Made by a program: the position numbers and the translations under genes. The notes under the pieces are model-generated. The model saw only the letters and a program-made list of their open reading frames with translations, did not search any database and was not told the origin of the DNA. This document shows, one piece after another, positions 20,419 to 31,782 of a stretch of DNA of 64,000 nt. The DNA is from Bdellovibrionales bacterium. GTDB lineage: Bacteria; Bdellovibrionota; Bdellovibrionia; Bdellovibrionales; CAYMLA01. How positions within the stretch are numbered: position 1 is the first letter of the stretch; every line of letters starts with the position of its first letter. Where the stretch lies: contig OZ244239.1 of NCBI GenBank assembly GCA_965217115.1, forward strand, positions 1,824,001 through 1,888,000, given 5' to 3'.

Positions 20419-21485
20419 AGGGATTCTTAGTTTTAGAAACGGGTGAAGCTTATCAGGGGGATTGGAAATCTGGTCGAGATCGAGCCGGAGAGGTTGTCTT
20501 TAATACATCCCACTGCGGTTATGAGGAGATGGCGACAGATCCATCCTATTTTTCGCAAATATTATTAACAACGGCTCCGATGCAGGGGAATTACGGCGTG
20601 AATAAGGATTTTTGGGAATCTCGTCAGTTGTGGATCGAGGGATTTATTTGTACGGAGGTACAAAACACGAAAGGAAATTCGAGTTGGCTTAAGCGGTTAG
20701 ATGATTTTGGAGTGGGGTGTTTGGATAATTTGGATACTCGCTCGGTGGTCTTGCATTTACGAGAGAGGGGAGCTGCTTGGGGAGCCCTGGTGAAAGAAAG
20801 TAACGAGCAAGAGGCTAAGAAAAAAGCTTTTGCTCTTATTACGGAAAAGAAAAAGGAAGAAAAAGATTGGGTACATAGGGTTTCTATTCAGGAGAGAACC
20901 ACCGTTGCTGGAGATTGCTCTAACGGACCTAAAGTCGCAGTGATGGATTTTGGGTGTAAGGAGAATATATTAAGAAATCTTAAAAAATTCAGTTCAGAGA
21001 TAGCGATTTTTCCTAGTCGCTCGTCGTCTCAGGAGATATTGGATTGGTGTCCAGATGGAATAATGCTTTCTAATGGGCCTGGTGATCCTTCGGAAGTTCA
21101 GGAGGCTGTGGAGACGGTTAAAAATTTGCTAGGTAAGAAATTTATCTTTGGTATCTGTATGGGACATCAAATATTGTCTTTAGCTTTGGGCGCGAAGACG
21201 TTTAAGTTAAAATTTGGTCATCGTGGAGGCAATCATCCTGTGAGAGATAAAGTTCTCCATTTGATTTACATGACCAGTCAAAATCATGGTTATGCGGTGG
21301 AGATGAAATCACTCCCAGAGAGTGTGGAAGTGACCCATGTGAATTTAAATGATGAAACGGTATCGGGAATTCGTTGTCTGGATAAAAAATGTATGGGAGT
21401 GCAGTTTCATCCAGAGAGCCATCCGGGACCAAGGGATGCAGAGGGTTTGTTTGAGTATTTTATTGATCAGTTGCCGAAGCACTGA
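20415..21485 (+). CDS. carA: Carbamoyl-phosphate synthase small subunit
   Basis: GEVVFNT, SNGPGDP, GICMGHQ and QFHPE motifs. Start moved to ATG 20415 (ATGA overlap with the pyrB stop). Confidence 0.95.
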   Translation: MKGFLVLETGEAYQGDWKSGRDRAGEVVFNTSHCGYEEMATDPSYFSQILLTTAPMQGNYGVNKDFWESRQLWIEGFICTEVQNTKGNSSWLKRLDDFGVGCLDNLDTRSVVLHLRERGAAWGALVKESNEQEAKKKAFALITEKKKEEKDWVHRVSIQERTTVAGDCSNGPKVAVMDFGCKENILRNLKKFSSEIAIFPSRSSSQEILDWCPDGIMLSNGPGDPSEVQEAVETVKNLLGKKFIFGICMGHQILSLALGAKTFKLKFGHRGGNHPVRDKVLHLIYMTSQNHGYAVEMKSLPESVEVTHVNLNDETVSGIRCLDKKCMGVQFHPESHPGPRDAEGLFEYFIDQLPKH

Positions 21486-21495
21486 GAGGTTGTAA

Positions 21496-24400
21496 ATGCC
21501 ATTAAAGCAGAAATTAAAAAAAGTAGTGATTTTAGGAAGTGGCCCTATCGTTATTGGACAGGCCTGTGAGTTTGATTACTCAGGAACACAGGCTTGCAAG
21601 GCTTTAAGAAAAGAGGGCCTCAAAGTTATTCTGATCAATTCTAATCCAGCGACCATACAAACAGATCAGGATGTGGCAGATAAGGTTTACATAGAGCCCT
21701 TAAAGACTGAATTTGTGACTAAAATTCTAGAGAAAGAAAAACCCGATGGTATAATTCCGACTCTTGGTGGTCAAACAGCCCTTAACTTGGCTTTGGAATT
21801 AGATAGCTCGGGAGTTCTTGAGCGCTTGGGAGTTGAACTCTTGGGGACGAGACCAGATGTGATTCGTCGAGCCGAGGATAGGGAGGAGTTCTGTCGAGTT
21901 TTAGACAGCGTGGGCGCGCAGTACCCTAAGAATTTCATGGTGAAAACGATTAAGGATGGAAGAAGTGTGGCGAAGAAATTGGGTTTTCCCGTTGTGCTGC
22001 GGCCAAATTATACGTTGGGGGGAGGTGGCGGAGGGATCGCCTATTTCCAAGAAGAGTTTGAGATGATGATTGCCAAGGGGTTGCATGAGAGTCCGACCTC
22101 GGAGGTTTTGGTTGAAGAGAGTATTTTGGGCTGGAAAGAGTTTGAGTTGGAAGTGATGCGCGATTGCAAAGGGACTTTTGTGGTGGTTTGTGGCATTGAA
22201 AATTTTGATCCCTGTGGTGTTCACACGGGAGACAGTATTACGGTGGCTCCGATACAGACTCTCACGGAGCCTGAGTATCAGGAGATGCGTGCGGAAGGTT
22301 ATAGAATTATTAACGAAGTGGGTGTTGAGACGGGCGGAGCAAATATTCAGTTTGCCGTGTGTCCACAAACAGGAAAACGGGTTGTTATCGAGATGAATCC
22401 ACGGGTGAGTCGTTCGTCGGCTCTGGCGAGCAAGGCGACGGGTTTTCCCATTGCTAAGATAGCGGCGTTATTGTCAGTGGGTTATCAATTAGATGAGATC
22501 ACCAATGATATTACGAAGACGACATTGTCTTGTTATGAACCAGCGTTAGATTATGTGGTGACAAAGGTTCCACGGTTTTCATTTAAAAAATTCCCTGGGG
22601 CGAAAGATATTTTGACGACACAGATGAAAAGTGTGGGTGAGGTGATGGGAATAGGTCGGACTTTTAAAGAGTCGTTGATGAAGGCCCTCGTCTCTTTGGA
22701 AAAGAGTGACGAAGGAGCACCTGAGATTAATTACTTGGAAGAGAAGGTGGCTTATCCCAATAGTGAGAGGGTTTTCCACTTGTTTCAGGGATTGCGCAAC
22801 GGATTGTCTGTAGAGGTCTTGACTAAATTGACGGGTATCACGCCTTGGTTTTTGGAGCAGATGGAGCAGATAGTTCAAGAGGAGAGTGTCTTATCTGAAT
22901 TACCCCAGCTTGATGGGGGGAGTTTATTGCGAGCTAAAAAAGTGGGCTTAACAGACGCTTGCATTGCAAGATTGCGTGGGGTGGAGACGGCCGTGATACG
23001 TGATCATCGTTGGCGAGAGGGAGTGATCCCATCTTATGAGCAAGTAGACACTTGCGCGGGTGAGTTTGTTTCGCAAACGCCTTATTACTATTCGACTTAT
23101 TGGAGTGAGCGAAAAAATAAAAGTCATAGCCAGGGTGGTGAGACAGTTGTTGTTTTGGGCAGTGGCCCCAATCGCATTGGTCAGGGTATTGAGTTTGATT
23201 ATTGTTGTGTACGTGGAGTCAAAAAATTTCAGACAGAAGGTTACAGGGTTGCAATGATTAATTCTAATCCTGAAACGGTGTCGACAGATTACGATACGTC
23301 TAATTTTTTATTTTTTGAACCGTTGAGCTTAGAGTATGTGACAGAGGTTTTACGCTATTTAGAGTTTTCGGATTTTGGTTTTAAGGGTTTTGTATCGCAG
23401 CTGGGTGGGCAGACGCCGCTTAACTTATCCCATGATTTAGTGGCCCAGGGGTTTTCTCTTTTGGGGTCGTCTTTACAGTCCATTGATCTGGCGGAGGATC
23501 GTGGTCAGTTCACTCATATTTGTGAGGAGTTAGGTGTTCAGTTTCCCGCGGCAGGTATGGCGGGGAGTGTGGATCAAGCCAGAGATCTCTTTGCGGGTAT
23601 TGGTTTTCCAATTATATGTCGTCCCAGTTATGTTTTGGGAGGCAGGCGTATGGAGGTTGTGGAGAACGAAACCGAACTGATTTCTTATTTTGATCGACAC
23701 AGAGCTTTTATTTCTCAAGAGACTCCTTGTTTAATGGATCATTTTTTGAGTGGAGCTTTAGAGGTGGATGTTGATTTGGTTCGAGGTAAAGACTGGAATG
23801 TGATTGGAGGAATTGTCGAGCACATAGAAGCTGCGGGAGTTCACAGTGGTGATAGTATGGGAGTGTTGCCTCCCCAGAGATTAAAGCCAGAGACTTGTCG
23901 TCGTATTGAAAAAATGGCAACCCAGTTGGCAGATCGCATGGATGTGTTAGGGCACCTGAATTTACAATTGGCGATTAAGGATGATGAAATATTTATGATT
24001 GAGGCCAACCCCCGTTGTTCGAGATCGGTTCCTTTTGTCTCTAAGGCAACGTCCATTCCTCTTGTGGATTTGGGAGTGGAGGCTGTTTTGGGCGTGAAAA
24101 AAGCCAAGGCGTCTCTGCCTTTACGGCCTTGGCAAGAGGTGGATTTGGTGAGTGTTAAGGGTGTTGTTTTTCCTTTTAAAAAATTTCGTGAGGCAGACTC
24201 TATTTTGGGTCCAGAGATGAAGTCGACAGGGGAGTCTATGGGTCGTGGTGAGGAATATGCCGAGGCTCTTTTGAAGGCTTGTATTTCCAGTGGTTCAACC
24301 CTGCCTTTGGAGGGAGAGATTTTTCTCTCTCTGCGCGAGAAAGATAAGGAACCATTGCTGCCTTTGGTGAAAAAATTAAAAAAGATGGGTTACTCTTTTT

Positions 24401-24699
24401 CGGCAACGACAGGGACAGCGCTTTTTTTAAATGGCCATGGAATTGAGTGTGAGGCTTTGAATAAGGTTCATGAAGGGAGACCCCATTGCGTGGATCGTAT
24501 TCGCTCTCAACAGGTGGCTTTTGTTGTGAACACGACTTCAGGTAGATTATCTATTGAGGCGAGTTTTGGTATTCGTCGTAGCTGTATTGACTATCAAGTG
24601 CCTTGTTTGACGGAGAGTCAAGCGGCAGAGGCTTTTGTGTTGGCACTAGAGAAACACAGACAGGGGCAATTTATGGTTAATCCATTGAGCCAATTTTAG
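21496..24699 (+). CDS. carB: Carbamoyl-phosphate synthase large subunit
   Basis: [17 protein letters not shown], duplicated ATP-grasp domains and a C-terminal MGS domain. Confidence 0.98.
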   Translation: MPLKQKLKKVVILGSGPIVIGQACEFDYSGTQACKALRKEGLKVILINSNPATIQTDQDVADKVYIEPLKTEFVTKILEKEKPDGIIPTLGGQTALNLALELDSSGVLERLGVELLGTRPDVIRRAEDREEFCRVLDSVGAQYPKNFMVKTIKDGRSVAKKLGFPVVLRPNYTLGGGGGGIAYFQEEFEMMIAKGLHESPTSEVLVEESILGWKEFELEVMRDCKGTFVVVCGIENFDPCGVHTGDSITVAPIQTLTEPEYQEMRAEGYRIINEVGVETGGANIQFAVCPQTGKRVVIEMNPRVSRSSALASKATGFPIAKIAALLSVGYQLDEITNDITKTTLSCYEPALDYVVTKVPRFSFKKFPGAKDILTTQMKSVGEVMGIGRTFKESLMKALVSLEKSDEGAPEINYLEEKVAYPNSERVFHLFQGLRNGLSVEVLTKLTGITPWFLEQMEQIVQEESVLSELPQLDGGSLLRAKKVGLTDACIARLRGVETAVIRDHRWREGVIPSYEQVDTCAGEFVSQTPYYYSTYWSERKNKSHSQGGETVVVLGSGPNRIGQGIEFDYCCVRGVKKFQTEGYRVAMINSNPETVSTDYDTSNFLFFEPLSLEYVTEVLRYLEFSDFGFKGFVSQLGGQTPLNLSHDLVAQGFSLLGSSLQSIDLAEDRGQFTHICEELGVQFPAAGMAGSVDQARDLFAGIGFPIICRPSYVLGGRRMEVVENETELISYFDRHRAFISQETPCLMDHFLSGALEVDVDLVRGKDWNVIGGIVEHIEAAGVHSGDSMGVLPPQRLKPETCRRIEKMATQLADRMDVLGHLNLQLAIKDDEIFMIEANPRCSRSVPFVSKATSIPLVDLGVEAVLGVKKAKASLPLRPWQEVDLVSVKGVVFPFKKFREADSILGPEMKSTGESMGRGEEYAEALLKACISSGSTLPLEGEIFLSLREKDKEPLLPLVKKLKKMGYSFSATTGTALFLNGHGIECEALNKVHEGRPHCVDRIRSQQVAFVVNTTSGRLSIEASFGIRRSCIDYQVPCLTESQAAEAFVLALEKHRQGQFMVNPLSQF

Positions 24700-24802
24700 T
24701 TTGAGCTAATAATACCCATGAAAACACTTGATTAAGACATGGTGTTTTGACAATTTGACAGTTTGAGAGTTAAGTGAGCATTGCCTTTAGGAGAGGAAAG
24801 AG

Positions 24803-26575
24803 ATGAAGTGGTCTAAGACACACTTATTTACTTTAAAAGAAGCACCTGCGGATGCGGAAATAGAGAGTCATGTTTTAATGATTCGTTCGGGGTTGATAAA
24901 AAAACACGCACCGGGAATTTATACTTATGGTGTGTTGGCATTGCGTTCCATTCGTAAGTTTGAGGCTATTATTCGTGAAGAGTTGAACGCAAAAAATTGT
25001 CAGGAGGTTTTGATGCCCATGGTGCAACCTGCAGGCTTGTGGCAAGAGTCAGAGCGTTGGGATCAAATGGGCGATATCATGTTGCGATTTAAGAATCGTG
25101 GAGATCAGGATTTTTGTTTGGGAGCGACCCATGAGGAAGTGGTAACAGATTACATCCGCCATGAAATTAAGAGTTATCGAAATTTACCGGTAAATATTTA
25201 TCAAATCCAAACAAAGTATAGAGATGAAATTCGTCCACGCTTTGGTTTGATGCGTGGAAGAGAGTTCATTATGAAGGATGCCTATTCTTTTGATCGAGAT
25301 CAAGAGGGAGCTTTGTCATCCTATGAGGATATGTATGTGGCTTATAAGGCTATTTTTGAAAGATTGGGCTTGGAATTTCGTATTGTTAAGGCGGATACAG
25401 GCGCGATGGGGGGAGATCAATCCCATGAGTTTCAAGTCTTGGCGGAGGCGGGTGAAGATCACTTGATGGTGAGTGATGGAGATGATGGCTTTGCGGCTAA
25501 CATCGAAGTCGCTGAGGCCATTGATTCGCAGCCGTTTGCTTACAATGGTGGTGGTGATGGAGCTGATGAATTGCCTTTGCAAGAGTTTGCCACACCTAAA
25601 CTGCGCACAATCTCTGACCTTGCAAAGTCTTTGTCTGTTGAAGAGAGGTGCCTGGTGAAGACGATGTTCTTTGATGGAAACTCTGGAGAGAATGAGAAGG
25701 ATAGGAGAGTAAAACCTGTGGTCGTCTTGTTGCGGGGAGATGACGAGGTGAACCCCCATAAACTAAAAACTCTCTTAAAACTATCGAACCTTCCGTTGAT
25801 GTTAAATGATAAAGAGGTTTTGAAGTTAACGAGCGCGAGCCCTGGAAGCTGTGGCCCTGTAGGCCTGTTGAAAGTTCCAATTTATATGGACAGAGGGATG
25901 GAGTCCTATAAAAATTATGTGGTTGGTGCGAATAAGGATGATGCCCATTTAAAGAATGTGAATCATGGCCGTGATTTTCAAGTGACGAAAGTGGCGGATT
26001 TGAGAATGGCGCGAGAGGGAGATTTGAGTCCAGACGGTAAGGGACAGTTAAAATCAATCCGAGGTATTGAAGTGGGCCATATTTTTTATTTGGGCAATAA
26101 GTACTCCCAGTCTATGGGAGCGAATTATCTTGATAAGAATGGTAAGCCCCAGTTAGTGGAGATGGGTTGCTATGGAATTGGGGTCACGCGGACGGTTCAG
26201 GCTGCGATTGAGCAGAGTCATGACAAGGATGGGATTGTTTGGCCAGTGTCTATTGCCCCATTTCATTTGCATATGTGTGTGTTGGACCCAGATGATCCTG
26301 ATGTGAGTGGTGTGGCTGAAAGATTTTATCAAGAGTTAAGTCAAAAAGGAGTGGAGGTTTTTATGGATGATCGTAAAGAGCGACCAGGGGTTAAATTTAA
26401 AGATGCTGATTTGTTAGGGTTTCCGTTGCGAGCCGTAATAGGTAAGAGGGGTTTGCAGGGAGATCAAATTGAATTGGTCGAGCGAGCTTCAAAAAATAAA
26501 ACTCTGTTGAATGTAGAGAACTTCGTCAATGGAGTGTCTTCTTGGTTAGAGAGTCGAGGTGGATTATGTCGATAA
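24803..26575 (+). CDS. proS: Proline--tRNA ligase (with editing insertion)
   Basis: 'RDEIRPRFGLMRGREFIMKDAYSF', 'GIEVGHIF' and 'MGCYGIG'. Confidence 0.97.
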   Translation: MKWSKTHLFTLKEAPADAEIESHVLMIRSGLIKKHAPGIYTYGVLALRSIRKFEAIIREELNAKNCQEVLMPMVQPAGLWQESERWDQMGDIMLRFKNRGDQDFCLGATHEEVVTDYIRHEIKSYRNLPVNIYQIQTKYRDEIRPRFGLMRGREFIMKDAYSFDRDQEGALSSYEDMYVAYKAIFERLGLEFRIVKADTGAMGGDQSHEFQVLAEAGEDHLMVSDGDDGFAANIEVAEAIDSQPFAYNGGGDGADELPLQEFATPKLRTISDLAKSLSVEERCLVKTMFFDGNSGENEKDRRVKPVVVLLRGDDEVNPHKLKTLLKLSNLPLMLNDKEVLKLTSASPGSCGPVGLLKVPIYMDRGMESYKNYVVGANKDDAHLKNVNHGRDFQVTKVADLRMAREGDLSPDGKGQLKSIRGIEVGHIFYLGNKYSQSMGANYLDKNGKPQLVEMGCYGIGVTRTVQAAIEQSHDKDGIVWPVSIAPFHLHMCVLDPDDPDVSGVAERFYQELSQKGVEVFMDDRKERPGVKFKDADLLGFPLRAVIGKRGLQGDQIELVERASKNKTLLNVENFVNGVSSWLESRGGLCR

Positions 26576-27288
26576 GAGATATTTCTCCCCTTAAGAATCC
26601 TTTAATTACCGCTCTGGATGTGGACAGTCGTGATGAGTGTTTGCGCATTGCTGGGTTAGTAGAGAAATTTGTCGGAGGTTTTAAGTTAGGCCCGAGATTG
26701 GTGGTTCGTTATGGGGCTGATATTATTAAAGAGGTGTCCTCTATAGCCCCGGTGTTTGTGGATCTGAAATTTTTGGATATTCCTAACACGATGGAAACTT
26801 CGGTGAGAGCGTCTTTTGAAGCTGGAGCGAGTTTGGTGACAGTCCATGCATGGGCGGGGATGGATGCCTTAAAGAGGTTGTCAGAAGTTGAGAGAGAGTT
26901 GAATGGGCAGAGGCCGTTTAGGATTTTGGTGGTGACCGTTTTGACGAGTTTCAATAAAGAGAACATGCCTCCGTCTATCTCTTCAAATGTGTCGTTGTTG
27001 GAGCAGGTGGTGAATTTGGCCGATTTTTCCTATGACTGTGGTTTAAAGGGAGTGGTGTGCTCAGCTTTGGAGTCGAGTTTGGTGAGACAGAGACATAATG
27101 ATGGTTTTATCGTGACCCCAGGAATTCGTTTTCCCAGTGAGGCTGTGGGAGATCAAAAACGTGTGGTGGACCCTTGTAAGGCGATTGAAAATGGAGCTTC
27201 GGCGATTGTGGTGGGGCGACCTATTGTGGAGGCGGCCGATCCTGCAGAGCAGGCGGAGCGTTTTTATAATGCGGTGATGGGAAAATGA
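26566..27288 (+). CDS. pyrF: Orotidine-5'-phosphate decarboxylase
   Basis: 'DLKFLDIPNT', 'VTPGIR', 'DQKRV' and 'VVGRPI'. Start moved to ATG 26566. Confidence 0.95.
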   Translation: MSIRDISPLKNPLITALDVDSRDECLRIAGLVEKFVGGFKLGPRLVVRYGADIIKEVSSIAPVFVDLKFLDIPNTMETSVRASFEAGASLVTVHAWAGMDALKRLSEVERELNGQRPFRILVVTVLTSFNKENMPPSISSNVSLLEQVVNLADFSYDCGLKGVVCSALESSLVRQRHNDGFIVTPGIRFPSEAVGDQKRVVDPCKAIENGASAIVVGRPIVEAADPAEQAERFYNAVMGK

Positions 27289-28079
27289 AAAAAAAAAGGC
27301 AAAGAGCTGAGGCGGGTTTTTCAGGAACGGCCCAGGCTGTTTTGGGGCTAGCAAAACGTCGCGGACTTCGCGTTGTGGTGGGAGTTCATGCTTGTCGAGA
27401 AGTTCTGAAGATGGGTTCAGGTGACGTTGCTGAAGCCTGGGTAAAGAAGGGTTGGGAACATTCGGATGTCTTAACTCACTTTTATGAAGATATGCGTCGT
27501 TTAAATATAGGAGTGGTTGAAAAGCTTGGAGGTTTTTTAGATAAGGCTGGTTTGGGTCATCAGGGCATTGCTCTACTTGTGAATGGAGCACCAGAGATTG
27601 ATTGGAGTCTTATTGGTCAGGAGGAATCAGAGGTTTTTTTGGGACTTGATGGTATTGAGGACCCCCATAATTTGGGGGCTATCTTACGCACGGCCTGGCT
27701 TTTGGGTGTCAAAGGAGCGGTGGTTCCGTCTGAAAGGAGTGTGGGATTGACGTCAACGGTTCACAAGGTGGCTTGCGGTGGAGTGGAGCATGTGCCAGTG
27801 GATAAGTGCACGAGGTTTTCCGTTCCTTTTGAAGAGTTTAAGGAGAAGGGCTTTTGGATTTACGGTCTGTCTGCCAACGGCGGAAGATCTATTTGGGAGA
27901 CGAAATTTTCAAGGAAAACAGTGCTAGTGGTTGGTTCAGAAGATAAGGGGTTGAGAATCACGACGGAAAATCAGTGTGATGAGCTGGTTCATATTCCCCA
28001 GGCCTGTGCTGAAGGAAGTTACAATGCTTCGGTGGCGACGGCTTTGGCGTTGGCAGAAGTTGTTCGCCAGCAGAGTTAG
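27285..28079 (+). CDS. rlmB: TrmH/SpoU family RNA 2'-O-methyltransferase (RlmB-like)
   Basis: 'LDGIEDPHNLGAILRTA', 'VGSEDKG' and 'SYNASVA'. Confidence 0.85.
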   Translation: MKKKRQRAEAGFSGTAQAVLGLAKRRGLRVVVGVHACREVLKMGSGDVAEAWVKKGWEHSDVLTHFYEDMRRLNIGVVEKLGGFLDKAGLGHQGIALLVNGAPEIDWSLIGQEESEVFLGLDGIEDPHNLGAILRTAWLLGVKGAVVPSERSVGLTSTVHKVACGGVEHVPVDKCTRFSVPFEEFKEKGFWIYGLSANGGRSIWETKFSRKTVLVVGSEDKGLRITTENQCDELVHIPQACAEGSYNASVATALALAEVVRQQS

Positions 28080-28234
28080 GGTTTGGATAGAAAACGGTCT
28101 ATTTTATTCAAATCCAAGTAAAAACCTTTGACTGAAATCCCTTAATTCAGTTACAAGATTTGGACGCATTATTTTGTTTGAGAAATGTTAAGGGCCTTTT
28201 AGAAGGTTTTTTTCTTCTCTTTGGGGTGATGTGG

Positions 28235-28310
28235 GCTGGTTTAGCTCAGTTGGTAGAGCAGCTGATTTGTAATCAGCAGGTCATCAGTTCGACTCTGGTA
28301 ACCAGCTCCA
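28235..28310 (+). tRNA. tRNA-Thr(TGT)
   Basis: Cloverleaf with GCTGGTT/AACCAGC acceptor stem, anticodon TGT, TTCG T-loop and encoded CCA. Confidence 0.96.
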
Positions 28311-28387
28311 ATTTTTTGCTCTTTGATATTTGATTGTTTTTTTAGGTTCATCTTTTGTTGGTTCTTGTTTGGCAAAAGATCCCCTGT

Positions 28388-28472
28388 GGAGGAGTGCCCG
28401 AGTGGTTAAAGGGGACGGACTGTAAATCCGTTGGCTCTGCCTACATAGGTTCAAATCCTATCTCCTCCACCA
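28388..28472 (+). tRNA. tRNA-Tyr(GTA)
   Basis: GGAGGAG/CTCCTCC acceptor stem, anticodon GTA, long variable arm and CCA. Confidence 0.96.
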
Positions 28473-28562
28473 TTTATTGAATTCATTATTTGGGTTGAGA
28501 ATTTTTTTTAGAGTGTCGGTTTTTAATTTTTTTAAGCGATGTTGTAAAAATAATTTTTTTGG

Positions 28563-28639
28563 GCGGGAGTAGCTCAATTGGCTAGAGTATTAGCCTTCCA
28601 AGCTGAGGGTTGCGAGTTCGAGTCTCGTCTCCCGCTCCA
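28563..28639 (+). tRNA. tRNA-Gly(TCC)
   Basis: GCGGGAG/CTCCCGC acceptor stem, anticodon TCC and CCA. Confidence 0.96.
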
Positions 28640-28674
28640 TTTTTTGGGTTGTCTGTAATAGTTAGTTTATAGAT

Positions 28675-28749
28675 GCCCATGTGGCTCAGTGGTAGAGCAC
28701 ACCCTTGGTAAGGGTGAGATCGCGGGTTCGATTCTCGCCATGGGCTCCA
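28675..28749 (+). tRNA. tRNA-Thr(GGT)
   Basis: GCCCATG/CATGGGC acceptor stem, anticodon GGT and CCA. Completes the classic Thr-Tyr-Gly-Thr-tuf arrangement. Confidence 0.96.
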
Positions 28750-28848
28750 TTGTTTGAGTTAGAGTTAGTTAAAGAAGAGTTTTAAATTTATTTTTTAATA
28801 TTAAAGTCCTCTAAAATTGAGGACAACATTTCAGAAGGAGTTTTAAGA

Positions 28849-30039
28849 ATGTCTAAAGAAAAGTTTAATCGAGAGAAGCCCCACGTTAACATCGGAACGA
28901 TTGGTCACGTTGATCATGGAAAGACGACTCTAACGGCAGCTATTTGTACGACTCTTGCTAAGTCAGGAGGGTCAGAGGCGATGGCTTATGATCAAATTGA
29001 TAAAGCGCCTGAAGAGCGTGAGCGTGGGATTACTATTTCAACAGCCCATGTTGAGTATGAAACGGCCAACCGCCATTATGCCCACGTTGATTGTCCAGGA
29101 CATGCGGATTATGTAAAAAACATGATCACTGGTGCGGCTCAAATGGATGGTGCTATTCTTGTTGTTTCGGCGGCAGATGGCCCTATGCCTCAAACCCGTG
29201 AGCATATTCTTTTGGCTCGTCAGGTGGGAGTTCCTGCAGTTGTTGTGTATATGAACAAGGCAGACCAAGTTGATGACGCAGAGCTTCTTGATCTTGTTGA
29301 GTTAGAGATTCGGGAGCTTCTCTCTAAGTATGAGTTTCCTGGCGACGATGTCCCTATTATTAAGGGTTCAGCATTGAAGGCCCTTGAGGGAGATGATTCT
29401 GATATTGGGATGAAGTCAGTTCACGCTTTGATGGCGTCAGTGGATGAGTATATCCCAACTCCTGAGCGTGATGTGGATAAGAAATTCTTGATGCCGATTG
29501 AGGATGTTTTCTCTATTTCTGGTCGTGGTACGGTTGTTACAGGTCGTGTTGAGCGTGGAATCGTGAAAGTCGGTGACGAGATTGAAATTGTTGGTATTCG
29601 CGACACAACCAAAACGATTGTGACGGGTATTGAAATGTTCCGTAAGCTTTTGGATGAGGGGCGCGCGGGGGATAACTGTGGTTGTCTGCTTCGTGGTACT
29701 AAGAAGGAAGAAGTGGAGCGTGGTCAAGTTTTGGCGATTCCAGGAACAATCAAGCCACATAAGAAGTTTAAGGCTGAAGCCTATATTTTGACCAAAGAAG
29801 AGGGTGGTCGTCACACGCCATTTTTTAATGGCTATCGTCCACAATTTTACTTTCGTACAACAGATGTAACTGGTGTTGTGACCCTCAAAGAAGGTGTCGA
29901 GATGGTGATGCCAGGTGACCGTATCGAGATGGAAGGTGATTTGATTGTTCCTATTGCCATGGAAAAAGAACTTCGCTTCGCTATCCGTGAAGGTGGTCGC
30001 ACAGTGGGAGCAGGTGTCGTGACGGAGATTGTTGGGTAA
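28849..30039 (+). CDS. tuf: Elongation factor Tu
   Basis: [20 protein letters not shown] and '[13 protein letters not shown]'. Confidence 0.99.
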   Translation: MSKEKFNREKPHVNIGTIGHVDHGKTTLTAAICTTLAKSGGSEAMAYDQIDKAPEERERGITISTAHVEYETANRHYAHVDCPGHADYVKNMITGAAQMDGAILVVSAADGPMPQTREHILLARQVGVPAVVVYMNKADQVDDAELLDLVELEIRELLSKYEFPGDDVPIIKGSALKALEGDDSDIGMKSVHALMASVDEYIPTPERDVDKKFLMPIEDVFSISGRGTVVTGRVERGIVKVGDEIEIVGIRDTTKTIVTGIEMFRKLLDEGRAGDNCGCLLRGTKKEEVERGQVLAIPGTIKPHKKFKAEAYILTKEEGGRHTPFFNGYRPQFYFRTTDVTGVVTLKEGVEMVMPGDRIEMEGDLIVPIAMEKELRFAIREGGRTVGAGVVTEIVG

Positions 30040-30067
30040 TAGTCTCAATATTTCTTAAATTATAGAG

Positions 30068-30096
30068 TTGACCTTTATTTGAGGGAGCCTTATGTT
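30068..30096 (+). promoter_or_regulatory. Sigma70-type promoter for tRNA-Trp-secE-nusG
   Basis: TTGACC-17 nt-TATGTT. Confidence 0.55.
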
Positions 30097-30177
30097 AGGC
30101 CCCCTTAGTTACATGGGGTTGTTTTGGTGCGTTTTTTGCTCTGTTGCTGAAAAAAATGTTACCTATTTTTTTTTTGC

Positions 30178-30254
30178 AGGGTAGTAGCTCTAATTGGTAG
30201 AGCGAATGACTCCAAATCATTAGGTTGGGGGTTCGAATCCCTCCTGCCCTGCCA
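30178..30254 (+). tRNA. tRNA-Trp(CCA)
   Basis: AGGGTAG/CTGCCCT acceptor stem, anticodon CCA, GGTTCGAATCC T arm and CCA end. Upstream of secE. Confidence 0.95.
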
Positions 30255-30359
30255 TTTGTACTTTGCTTTGGCGTAGAGGCAGTGGGTATTTAGAGTTTGT
30301 TTAGTTTTAGTTAGTGATTTTAGTTAGTGATTAGAGTTATTTAGGTGAGGTGTCTTAAG

Positions 30360-30737
30360 ATGGATGATAGCAATAAAAAGATTCTCACAATAAGCTTTAT
30401 CATTGTGGCAGCTTTGACGGGCTTTGTGATTTCTGTGATTTTGGAGATTTTGTCGGCCACGTTTGGCATAGTGGTTAAAATGATGGACAGCGTGGCCCTT
30501 CGCCATGGAATACCTTGGACAGTGGCCTTTGTGACCTTTGCTGTTTTACAGTTTAACCCCAAGGTGATGACCTGGGGAGATCAGGTGGTCGGCGAGGTTA
30601 AAAAAGTAGTTTGGCCTTCTAAAAATGACACGACAGCAATGACAGTGGTGGTTTGTTTTGTATTGTTGTTATCGGGTTTGATTTTAGGCTCTTTTGATTT
30701 TATTTCTAGTTACCTTATCAATATAATGGTGAAGTAA
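30360..30737 (+). CDS. secE: Preprotein translocase SecE (3-TM form)
   Basis: 'EVKKVVWPSK' motif and three hydrophobic segments. Start moved to ATG 30360 behind GAGG. Confidence 0.92.
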   Translation: MDDSNKKILTISFIIVAALTGFVISVILEILSATFGIVVKMMDSVALRHGIPWTVAFVTFAVLQFNPKVMTWGDQVVGEVKKVVWPSKNDTTAMTVVVCFVLLLSGLILGSFDFISSYLINIMVK

Positions 30738-30739
30738 AG

Positions 30740-31276
30740 ATGTCAGACGATAAAAAATGGTACATAGTAAATGTTCAGACGAGTTGTGAGGCAATCGCAA
30801 AGACGTCTATTGAAAATAATGCTATTCGCAATGGAGTCGGAGATCAGATTGGCGATGTTTTAATTCCTAGTGAGTCAGTGATCGAGATGGTAAAAGGTCA
30901 AAAGAAAACCCGGTCACGCAAGTTTTTCCCAGGATATGTTTTTGTCAAAATGAATATGAGTGATGAGACTTGGCACTCGGTGAGAGGGTCGAATAAGGTC
31001 ACAGGTTTTGTGGGGTCAAAGATTCCTCCAATGGCAGTTCCAGAAGAAGAAGTGATGCGCGTGACAAAACAAATGGAAGAAGGGGCTGAGAAGCCCCGTC
31101 CTCGGATTAATTTTGAAGTTGGTGAGGATGTCATGGTGATTGATGGTCCGTTTAGTAACTTCACTGGTTCAGTGGAAAATATTAATGAGGATAAGGCGAA
31201 GGTGAAGGTTTTAGTGAGTATTTTTGGCCGCCCGACGCCCGTTGAATTGGATTTTACTCAGGTGAGAAAAGATTAG
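30740..31276 (+). CDS. nusG: Transcription antitermination factor NusG
   Basis: 'FFPGYVFV', KOW 'DGPFSNF' and 'IFGRPTPVEL'. Confidence 0.98.
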   Translation: MSDDKKWYIVNVQTSCEAIAKTSIENNAIRNGVGDQIGDVLIPSESVIEMVKGQKKTRSRKFFPGYVFVKMNMSDETWHSVRGSNKVTGFVGSKIPPMAVPEEEVMRVTKQMEEGAEKPRPRINFEVGEDVMVIDGPFSNFTGSVENINEDKAKVKVLVSIFGRPTPVELDFTQVRKD

Positions 31277-31349
31277 AATTTAAAAATAAGAGAAGTTTAA
31301 AGCGTAGAAGTTTTTAAATCTTTTGCGCCCTAAGTGATAGGAGTGGGAA

Positions 31350-31778
31350 ATGGTAAAAAAGGTAGCTGGAATGATTAAGCTACAGATACCGGCAGGGAAG
31401 GCAAATCCAGCGCCTCCCGTTGGACCGGCGCTCGGTCAGCATGGGGTCAACATAATGGATTTCTGTAAGCAGTTCAACGCCAAGACCCAGAAGATGGGCA
31501 ATACGGTTGTACCCGTGGTGATCACTGTTTATGCGGATCGGTCATTTGGCTTTATCACCAAGACGCCCCCGGCATCTGTTTTGTTGCAACAAGCGGCAAA
31601 GTTGAAAAAAGGATCTTCGATGCCCCAGAAGGACAAAGTGGGAAAAATCTCTCTGGCTGAAGTGACGAAGATTGCGGAGACAAAATTGCCTGATTTGAAT
31701 TGTCTCACTCTTGAGAGTGCCGTTTCTCAAGTGATAGGTACGGCTAAGAGTATGGGCCTCGAAGTTGAGGGAGTGTAG
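31350..31778 (+). CDS. rplK: 50S ribosomal protein L11
   Basis: '[24 protein letters not shown]'. Confidence 0.98.
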   Translation: MVKKVAGMIKLQIPAGKANPAPPVGPALGQHGVNIMDFCKQFNAKTQKMGNTVVPVVITVYADRSFGFITKTPPASVLLQQAAKLKKGSSMPQKDKVGKISLAEVTKIAETKLPDLNCLTLESAVSQVIGTAKSMGLEVEGV

Positions 31779-31782
31779 AGTT

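Noticed and set aside
29437..30048. 203-aa ORF antisense to tuf, and similar antisense or alternate-frame ORFs over metK, carB, proS and rpoBC
   Set aside because: These are shadow ORFs of conserved genes with no independent motifs.
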